NCBI GenBank assembly: GCA_004022145.1
Contig: RCNU01000009.1
Direction: 5' to 3' (one strand)
DNA from: Paecilomyces variotii
Lineage: Eukaryota
Length of the DNA: 64,000 nucleotides
Under the pieces are notes generated by a model. That model was not told the DNA's origin, searched no databases, and saw nothing but the letters and a program-made list of their open reading frames with translations. Made by a program: the position numbers and the translations under genes. Of the stretch, positions 51,171 to 61,000 are shown in pieces; within the stretch, counting starts at the first letter, position 1, and every line of letters begins with the position of its first letter.

Positions 51171-53541
51171 GAGAGAGGCGGAAAAAGTGGAGAAAAAACA
51201 AAAAACTTTTGTACCTAGTATATTGAAACATTTCGCTAGCGCTCAATGATGAGACCCGAAGGGCCGAAGGGAGCTCAAGGGACGTCAGCAGGCTCCATCC
51301 AGATTCCAAGGTAACCTTGTCCCTGGCCGCTAGATAGTTAGATAAAGCATCTAATAATTTAGTTGCTCCGCGAGCCCTAGTTGGACGGTCGCGTTCCTGG
51401 CCAAGCGTGACGCCCGACGAATAGCCACTTTCGACGTGCTCTCTGGCGCCGTTGCAGAACGCGTTCGGGGTCCCTTGCGACAATTAACTGGCTTGTCGTG
51501 ACTCGTGGAGTGGTGATAGTCTGATCAAAAAGCCTCTGAAAATCTAAGAGCAGGCTGTCTCTCGCGATTCGTGAGCATGGGGGATCCAGAATGCCTGAGA
51601 TGTAATACTCTGCGCTCTAATCATAACTAGCCAGCTGCCGCCTGGAGACAGTTCAGGGACAATTGGCTTGACCAGATTTCAATGCGGTCATCAACATAGC
51701 GGTTGTAATAATGAGTTATCTGCCCCTTGGGCGGAGATCGGCCCATTATTCGGTTGTCTATCACGCCACAAAGACCCACGAGCGGACCGTGGAATTAGGA
51801 GCAAAGCTGGAACTGATTGAACGAACTGTGGGATGCGATGGAAATCTCCTTGGGGCCGTGAACCAAACCTGGATCCTGGGAATAACAATGGCCGCGGTAT
51901 ACGGAGTATGTTACACTGATGATTGATCCAACCGACGATGGCGACAACATCCATTGCCAGATATACCATAGTCGTATCCATCGGGTGCTCCTCGCATTAT
52001 AGCGGTCTAGGAGGCAGAGACCATCGATCGCGGCTGTCCTTGCATCGCATCGCAGATGCTCCATCGTTAAGCAAGTAGTAGCTTATGGCGCTTCGTCTCA
52101 TCTCATAATAAGCGTCAACTGTCACAAAGCGTGGTAGTCGGTGTTCGAGCAAACAGTCGACGAGTTATTATTATTATTATTACTCCTTTGGGATCAATTG
52201 GACCAGCTGTGTAGAGTCTTAGACAGTTCAAAGTTTCATGTGGAGTCTCCAGGCTTTTCGTCTGTTTCACAAAACTTCGTGGAGAGAGAGACATCCATAC
52301 CGAGGATGGCCAGACTCGAGCCTATCCTCCTCCTCCCTCCACCATCGATTATGACGCCTCTCATGCGGGCATCATCCTTCTTATCGAGGTTGTACACAGT
52401 ACGGCAAGGGATAATGATGATATTAACCAGCACCAGCCCCCAAGAACATAGTGTGTGTTGCTGTAGCCGAATCACTGCGCATCGCGGTGACAAGCGAGAA
52501 CGAGGGAACGCCGGCGGCTGTTAGTTCCTGGATCGCCATCAGGAGCCTTCTAACCTTCTCGCTTTCCCCGCTTCCCCTGTCACTCGCCCTTGAGAACTGT
52601 GACGGTTGGACGATCAAAGAGAATCTTTGCCTGTCTCTTTCTCATCCTCTTCTTCTGCTCGTCCACCGTCTGCTTGGGTCGTCCTGTCAAGTGCAGTGCA
52701 CTGTTGCGCATCCAGTTCTCTCACGATTTGCTCCTTCTATCCTTCTATTCCCACGCGATACGACCTCTCGCTCTTTGCTTCTAGAAAGAAACCTGATAAA
52801 GTACTCGTGGTCAAAGCTGTGCCTCCGTTGTTTCACCCTCTTCGGTCTACCGACGTCTTCTCCCTGGGCCCGTTCACTCTTCTCTCTCCTGTCAGCGGGT
52901 TTTTACCTCTCGGGGGACGCCTGGCACTCATTTGATCTACACCATTCTCTCGTTATTATTTCTCTCTCGCTCTCCGTGTCGTGTCGGTATCTCTATGTGT
53001 TGAACCTCGAGCGCTTGGATACCGCTTCCCCTGACCATAGCTGGACCTCACCCGCCGACACGATCGAGAACTTCACTACATCTTCCGCTCTTTTCTTCGT
53101 CTTTAACCCGCCTCACAGCACATTGAAGGCTCCGATCTTCCCTCAATCCTTCGGGAAACTGTCTTGCGCGGGATCCACGCCGTATTCTTGGTGGTAATAT
53201 CCGGGAATTCAGCTCTGGGCCCACGTTCAAGTGTTAAGCACGGAGATCTGGAATACCCCCGTACGGTAAACAGCCACAGATAGGTATCTGGCGGAGCTGG
53301 CAGCGTCGCATTGCTCCTCTATCTATCTGGGCTACCGTGTAGCCATTGCTATCGACGTTGGGAAAACTCGCCGCCGCCAATCGTTCCATTCAATCATGAG
53401 ATAGTACTCTGGCAGTCTCACCCCGTTCACTCTTTTATATCTTGTACCTTGCCCATACTGTCTGCGCTCAGATAGCTGTTGACTGGTCATCAACCTAACT
53501 TTCGTCTTCGGCTGGCGTTCTCGAGGACACATTCGTTAAAC

Positions 53542-55719
53542 ATGTCGATCCCCATCCCGCCAGTGACGTTGGAGGGTCATTGCTCCGCCATTCACAACAA
53601 TACGCTCTATGTTTATACGCCCGATGCATTCCTTTCGTTACCGCTGGAACTGGATGGGAAATGGCAAAAGCTGCAGATGGGTCAGGCGGTAACTGGTGCG
53701 ATCTGTGTGAAAGGAGGAACTGAAGGCGATAACAATCGAGAGTCACTCTACGTTGTCGGTGGAACCGCAAACTCTCCCGATTATTCTGGCCTTCAGAGAT
53801 ATTCCTTTGAAGATAAACAATGGCAGACCATCGATACGCCGGGAACCTCTCTTCAGAACCGGACAAACCATGGCGCTGCCTATATCAATTCGACAGCTTC
53901 TTTACTGATCTACGCAGGCTCTCAGGATGGTAGCGAGGCTCCGACGACATCAACGTTTCTTGTTTCGACCGTGCCGCCGTTCGGCATGGATTCTTTCAAT
54001 TCGCAAGGTGCCTATCCTGCGGTAGCACCCATGTTGTTACCCTGGGATGAAGGTTCAGCAGCTTTAGTGGGCGGTGATGCGAGTACGACATCGATCTTCG
54101 TCTTTAACTCGACCGGCGGATGGCAGAACTCCGGCGCCTCGCTGGCCCAGGCACTTCCTGAGCAGGTCCAGTGTGCTTTGGTCAGCGCCTCGGACGGTTC
54201 GAAGATATTGGAGACTTTCGACATGAGCACCTCGCCCAATACTGTCTCGAGAGTCGCTCTGCTCGACGCCGGCGGTGTTCCAGCACCAGCCGGCCAAGTC
54301 GTCGGTACCTCTAGCGCATCGTCAACCTCCGCAACGAAAACGAAAAGAGATCTCACCTTGGCCAACTATCCCGCCTACAACGGAACGTTTGCGCCAAACG
54401 TAACTCGAACCGGTTTCTCCCTGGCGCAGGACGGCAACGGGTTTGTGGTTATTTCCGGCGGTAGCACGACTGATCCCTTATGCATATTCGACTCATCAAG
54501 CAATCGGTGGTTGAACGCTACCAAACTCTTCCACGGCGACGAAGTGCAGAAACCTCTTGTGACTCAATCCGTTTCATCGACTACAAGTTCCAGTACGACG
54601 TCTGCAACCGCTGCAGCTACCACCAGTGCCATCTCTAGCCCGCCTGCGGCAGCTACGAGTACCGCTAGTGGTGCTGGTGGTAAATCTAGCAGTCGAACAG
54701 GGACAATCATTGGCGCCACTCTGGGTGGTGTACTGGGATTTGCCTTATTCTTGGTCATCGTCCTCCTTATTCTCAGGTGGCTGAGGCAGAAGAAGGAAAG
54801 GCCCGGAGCGAATGGCCAGGTGGAGGACAAGGACCGCCTCAGTTTCCAGGACCGGGGTCTCGAGCCTCTTGCTCTATCTGCAACCCCAATGGGAAGAGGT
54901 TCTGTCCCGTCAGTGTCAGCCGACTCACTCGCTATCATGTCGGGCAAATACAATGGTTCCAACTCTTTGGCTTCACCAATGAGTCAGCACGGAGTATTCG
55001 CAGAGAAAAACCGAAGCCCCTTGACCACTATCATGTCCAGTCGACAAGAGGCCACCCCGAGCCCGCTGACAGCCACAGACCGTTCGTCGCCAGATGAGCG
55101 TCCTCGCGGAGATAGGACCACGGATGAGGGATGGAGTAAATACTTCGAGGACAATAACGCGACCAGTTTTATCGACGCCAAGTCACCCCGATCAACAGTC
55201 TCATCCGATCAGACCAGATCTGACTACAGAGGCAGTGGATGGCCAACCATGACTTCCGGGCTCGCTCCATTGAATCTAGGGGTCCTCGATGATCGGAGAC
55301 CATTAGGCCGTGTTCCTACCGGCAGTCCTAGTACCGAGCATCCTAGCAAGAGTCTATTCTTCCAGGAAGGCCAATCCGCGAGGATATCAAGTGCCGATTC
55401 AGTCAGCTTAGCCTCCGATGATGGTGACTATGGCCCAGATGCTTACTCGTCCGGTGTGCCAGCCAGCATCGTTGACGAACGAGGGTGGCCACGACCAGCA
55501 AGTAGCAACTACACCAACAGCGTCTACGCACCCACAAACGTAGGAGGAGATACCTTGATGATCCCTTCGCGATCTGCAAGCCATTCTCAGAGAATCGACA
55601 CCAATCGCACCCATCACCGTGGTTCAAGTACAGTCATACCAGAGCACTACGACGACGACCTACAGACTCGCAGCAATGTCAACTCCGATATGAGTTGGTT
55701 GAATCTCAACCTCAAGTGA
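53542..55719 (+). CDS. Single-pass membrane protein with kelch/galactose-oxidase-like ectodomain, S/T stalk and S/P-rich tail
   Basis: Kelch-like units (LYVVGG..QRYSF..W; LLIYAG; LVGG; VVISGG..W), an S/T/A run, TM helix IIGATLGGVLGFALFLVIVLLIL followed by RWLRQKK, and C-terminal SDMSWLNL. Intronless. Confidence 0.8.
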   Translation: MSIPIPPVTLEGHCSAIHNNTLYVYTPDAFLSLPLELDGKWQKLQMGQAVTGAICVKGGTEGDNNRESLYVVGGTANSPDYSGLQRYSFEDKQWQTIDTPGTSLQNRTNHGAAYINSTASLLIYAGSQDGSEAPTTSTFLVSTVPPFGMDSFNSQGAYPAVAPMLLPWDEGSAALVGGDASTTSIFVFNSTGGWQNSGASLAQALPEQVQCALVSASDGSKILETFDMSTSPNTVSRVALLDAGGVPAPAGQVVGTSSASSTSATKTKRDLTLANYPAYNGTFAPNVTRTGFSLAQDGNGFVVISGGSTTDPLCIFDSSSNRWLNATKLFHGDEVQKPLVTQSVSSTTSSSTTSATAAATTSAISSPPAAATSTASGAGGKSSSRTGTIIGATLGGVLGFALFLVIVLLILRWLRQKKERPGANGQVEDKDRLSFQDRGLEPLALSATPMGRGSVPSVSADSLAIMSGKYNGSNSLASPMSQHGVFAEKNRSPLTTIMSSRQEATPSPLTATDRSSPDERPRGDRTTDEGWSKYFEDNNATSFIDAKSPRSTVSSDQTRSDYRGSGWPTMTSGLAPLNLGVLDDRRPLGRVPTGSPSTEHPSKSLFFQEGQSARISSADSVSLASDDGDYGPDAYSSGVPASIVDERGWPRPASSNYTNSVYAPTNVGGDTLMIPSRSASHSQRIDTNRTHHRGSSTVIPEHYDDDLQTRSNVNSDMSWLNLNLK

Positions 55720-56854
55720 GCGATATTCTAAAGCGAGTCCTTGTCGGTTGATTGGCATGAAGCACTGCAAATATGACTCTACCCTCTATTGTCGGTATTA
55801 CACTTTCACGTAACGTTGTAAATGACTGTCTGTCTTATCCTGTCTGTCAATGGCTTCCACGTCCCCATCGAGCGATCTTATGTATATTCCGTCTAATTCT
55901 GATCTGATCTTTCTCTTCGAGGGCGTCCGCTCTGAGATGGCTGTTCAACTCCTGAGCCTCTTGAACTTCCCATTTGGTGTTCTTTGCCGTTATGCAGTTG
56001 CAAGTGCCTCCGTTCGAAGTATGTTCAGCAGCCATGTATTGTTGTTGTGTGTCCTTTCTTTCCCTTCTGCTTGAAAGCGCCTCGATTCTGGAGCCGGTCC
56101 TGTATCCATCATTCCTTGCATTTACTCTTCGTGTCTAAACCTAATTTCATCGATCGAGCGCATGCTCGGAGCTTTGCGTCGCCCGCCCAAAAACCTTTTT
56201 TGATCTCCGACCTGGCTGTCGAATGTATAGTGTGTACCTCATCGTTATTACAACTGATGTCTGTCGTTTCTTTGTGTGCTATGCTGCCTTTTTTTTTTCG
56301 CATCCTGTCTGATATCCCATCTCGTTGGAACATAACCCTTCTCTTTTGACGGTGTATCATCTTTCTCTATTTTCGCGCCTGAAGCGCTGAATTATTTCTC
56401 TTGGTTCTGATCCGACCTATTCACAAGATATAAATAAAATATTGTCAATAAGCCAATACAGACATGTCCTCATCTCTTGTCAGAAATCGGAGAAATAACA
56501 AATAGCTTGGTCGACCTTCCCAGCTGGGATCTCGGGCGATGGGACTGTTACGAGTATAGTCCGATCTGTATAATCTAGGTATCTGTTGTAGCTTAGAATT
56601 TATGGCTACCAGTGTTATTCTACAGTAGGGAAATATTGTGAATGCTTGATTCTTGGGTATGATAATAGATATTCATCGAATAGAATAGAAGAAAATATCA
56701 AAGTCTGAGTATAGTGCAAGTGATGTCTTCTCAAAATCATAAAAATCATAGGGATCTTAGCAGCAAATAATTCATCGGCCAGAGTGAGAGAGAAGATGAA
56801 GGGGGCTTCAAGGTTCATAATATAATAAACAACCTGCTGCTCGCGCTCCCATTA

Positions 56855-58011
56855 TTATATAACCGGCGTGTCCGCAAAGCTACTGGCCATACCCCTGTAG
56901 ATGTTCCCATGAGAGTCAGTTTGTTTTTCAAGATTTCTTTCGGACGTAAAAGCGACGAGCATGATGGAAATCAAGACTTACCCATCCGGTAAGGGCCTTC
57001 CAACGGCTTCTGCATTTTCAATTTCATATCGAATCTTCTTGACCTCTTCAGGATCCAACTGGAGCATCACAGCCTGTTCGTTCAATTGGACGTTTCTCGT
57101 CTTGGTAGTTCCGGGAATAGGGATAATATCGCTGCCCTGGGCCATGAGCCAGGCGAGGACGAGGGTACTAGCGTGACATCCTTTCTGTTCTCCAAGGGCA
57201 CTGAGGACCTCGTAGAGCTTGAGATTCCGGTGGAATTTCGTCGGTCCGAATCTTGTCAGCGTTCTGCGAAGGTCGTCGGTGGAGAGATCTTCGCGCGACT
57301 TGATTTGACCACCGAGAAGACCACGTCCGAGAGGGGAGTAGGCCACGATGGCGACTCCAAGTTCACGCGCTGTTTGTAGAAAGCCGTTTCGCTCAATGTC
57401 TAGTTTGTAAGGGCTGTATTCTACCTCGGCTGCTGCGATGTGGTGGACCTTGCATCTGTGGCAAACTTGCATTAGAACTTACGTATGGATTTGGTTATAG
57501 GTATATATACTTACGCTGCACGGAGCGTCTCGGCGCTACAGTCGGAGAGTCCAAGATATCGGATCTTCCCCTCCCGTTGCAAGTCGGCCAAAGCAGCTAC
57601 TGCCTTTTCAATAGGCATGTACCGTTCAATGCGGTGGAGGTAATAGAGATCGATCGTTCTGACTCCCAGTCTCTGCAGGCTTCGGTTGCAGGCGTCCTTG
57701 ATACACTGCCCGTCATCGTCTTGGGCGAATTCGTCCGTTCTCGCAAACTTGGTAGCCAGAAAGATCTCGTTCCTCACACCGGTTCGGGCGAACCACTTCC
57801 CTAGCAGCTCTTCACTGTCGCCGTATAGATCGGAGCTGTCCCAGAAGGTGCAGCCAGTCTGGTAGACATAGTCCAGCATCTCGAACCGTCGTTCGTCGGG
57901 GGGCGGAGGACCGTAGAAGACGGACAGACCCATTGTTCCATACCCCAGAGCGCTGACATCGGGTCCATACCGGCCCAGCTTTCTGGTTGGCAGTTGCAGT
58001 TGAGTCGGCAT
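56855..58011 (-). CDS. Aldo-keto reductase, YakC/AKR13-like
   Basis: VSALGYGTMGLSVFYG, FWDSSDLYG, FLATKF, IDLYYLHR, EYSP, AYSPLGRG, IPIPGT, last exon ending FADTPVI. The D/Y/K/H tetrad is present. Two introns. Confidence 0.9.
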
Positions 58012-61000
58012 TGCGGTGGTATCTGTATATGTTGTGATGTGTTGGAATTTCGGGCGGTGGTAGGACCTCAAACGCGCTATGTCGACATTTAAGAAAGAAA
58101 AAGAGCGTGGGAACACAGCTTTATGTATGACTCCACGAACGCAAATCCGTTCCCCTTTTTTTTTCGAATCTCCACGCGGGGGAATACCCAATCGCTTCCG
58201 GATAAATCAAGGGCAAGAGAGTGCGAGATGCGGGCAAAACACAATGTCCATCATCCTACCGAATGCGTCAACCATGACGTCGTGCGGCACAGGGACAGCG
58301 CAGAATTTCCGCAGTGCAAATAATAATCGTCAATTAGTGCTTCGCTCCGGACCACGCGCTTGAGAGTCCCCAGTTGAGTTAATAGTTCCACACATTGGAT
58401 GATCGAGCATGCGTTTGGTTGAAGCTCATGATCCCGTCTTGCTAGCCCCATGATGCTGGGGGTGGCGGCGCGCCATCTGAAGGCCACACTATCCCTGGAC
58501 GGTAAGGTCTGGCAACGCAAAGAGCATCTTAGCAAGAGATGCCTTCCCAACAGCCATTAAACATGATAAGACACGCTCAAGCTTCCTCGAGTACGTGCTA
58601 TGCGATGGCCGTGTCTTCTCCGACTTATCGCCGAGACGCGAGCCACATGATGCACGTGCGATCAATCGGGCGATCTTCGCGTCTGCTGGAGAAGAATGAC
58701 TGGATCAGAGCGGCATGAGCGATATCAGAGGCGGGGCAGGATAAATAAGAAGGTCCAAGTATTCTGTGACATGGGCATGTCAACGATCACTCCCGCAGTT
58801 TGTTTTGCAGTGCTAGAGAACCTCTAGCGAGAGATCCTGCACAGTCATTGGAAGGGATGTCATGAATGCATACCATAGCTTGTACCGCAATCGAAACGGT
58901 CAATTGTTGAGAACTTAAGAAGTAGACTACCTTGAGATGATGGATCGCACGGTGGAGCAGATGGATGTCATAAGTTAGTTATAAGTTATAACTATCGAGT
59001 TAGTCAAAGATCTGTGGGGTAATGACACGCCCCACCGACTACGCTGAGTAGGTCGAATCGCCTTCCAAGCTTTCAGAAATATCATATCCGTACGAACAGG
59101 AACAGAATGGGAATCTCTCAAGACATATTTGCAGGATGGCCATGACTCAACCAGTCTGCGCATGCATCACGGCTAGCAATCAGCCATTGCACCCCTTCGC
59201 GTGTCCTGAACAAGATGGAATGATATCAACAGAGATATGTCTATTAGGCAGGAAGCAGGATCCTATCCGTATCAATTAGCGAAAATGCCCCTCGAAATAA
59301 CGACAACATAGATGTGTGAATCAAAAACGAGTAATGGACGCTAAGAGATTCCGTCGTCATGCAATGGACTTCATCAAAGCGTGCGGTTTGACAACGATGA
59401 GATATCAACTCCGCCGTTTTTGACACGGAGGGATATCTTCTCGAATTTCGGAAGTCATGACTGCAAGTATCTTAGCCAGCTGAGCTTGCGAGTAGCAAGA
59501 TGAAAAATATGCCGTCAAGATTGACGGGTCTCGTGCAACGAATTGAAGAAAGACAAGGTGGAATCGGACAACGACGTTTCATCCTAAAGGAAGACAAAAC
59601 GAGAAGTCGCAAGTCTCCCACTGGTAGCAATAGCATAACATCCCGCGGACTGACTCAAGGTAGCTCAGTTAGCTGATAGTACTGCACAATTAGGTTAGTC
59701 TTCCTCTAGATGTACATACATAGGTCATCGTAATCGACACCATACACACCGTTATCATTATTTATAGTTATCGCATACTTTCAGCACCACACACTCGACC
59801 ATCTATCAGCTCCAAAGCTTGAGGATGTAGTTGAATAGTTCTTGCGCTAGGGCTATCGACTCTCAAGGAATTGGAAAAGTCTATCTGTACTCCCACCTGA
59901 TTGTGAATCATAACTCTTATTGAAACCCCGATAGCTGTAGTTAAGTAGCAAGCATAATATCATAACTTAACTCACTATGGACCGAATCATATTGTAAATG
60001 TAAAGGTTGTCCACGATTTAGATCGCATTAGTTGATTTTAAGAGGAGGAAATCCTACATCGATAACAGTAGTCTGATCCTCGGAATGATATTAAAGCCGG
60101 AAATCTCTGGTCTAAAAGTCATGCTTTCACTAGGACCAGATCTATAACCAAACTGTGTCGCTCTCTACCTACTGGAAACCTCGCCGCATATATAACAATA
60201 GTTCATGTCCATTAACATACAGCCCTGATTTTGATATCACGTCAACTATAACTATTGTCGTTCAACTTAAGTTATAAGAAAGAGATATTAAATCAATCTA
60301 CCGAGTTTGAGAGAACTACAAACAGTACAAACAGAGTAATCTTCCCTCAGGAAGAGGATATAATTAAATTTTATAACTTGCACACACAGCAAATACCAGT
60401 CCATTTCCTGTCCTAGATACCCGACTTAAGATTATTACGAGCTTGAACTTCGACCTATATCTGAATTATTCCTTAGTCTTGACCTGAAGTTCATAAAACC
60501 GGCATAATATCATCTTCCCTCTATTCCTTAACAATCTAAATCTCCCAACTAACATTCTAGCACACCGTATTCGAGTAAACGCAGACCACTCATCTCCTGT
60601 CCGTATCTCCCCCTTCGCTGAGACAAATCACTACCTGCGTAAGCTGTCCACGTTATTCCCAGCTGAAGTCCAAACATAGCCTCATCTTAAAATCCCACCG
60701 GAACAAAAGGAAACAAGAAGCGAAGAAGAACAGACGAGGTTGTCTGTCTAAATTAGATTAGACCAAAAGGCTGTAACTAATATACGCAAGCCTTCTAAGC
60801 CTCAATCAAGCAGATAAGCGTAAGATTCAGCTTTAGCGCTATTTCCCTTTTCTTTTGTACTGGTTCTTGAGGTCTCTATCAGGTATCTAGCCTAAAAACA
60901 AGACAGATCTTGCTTTGTTAACGAGATATGTATAATAGTTTTTTGTTTAGTTTTTACGGTGCAAAGTATTTCTATTGCGCGGCATAAACCAAGACCGTTA

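Noticed and set aside
52451-53197. 248-aa L/S/F-rich ORF
   Set aside because: Starts at GTG and is simply the translation of the pyrimidine-rich leader; better explained as 5' UTR.
53107-53475. Hydrophobic peptides in frame upstream of the kelch-TM gene, separated by TAG codons (readthrough or A-to-I editing idea)
   Set aside because: There is no in-frame ATG, two stops would need recoding, and I know of no stop-codon editing in this fungal group.
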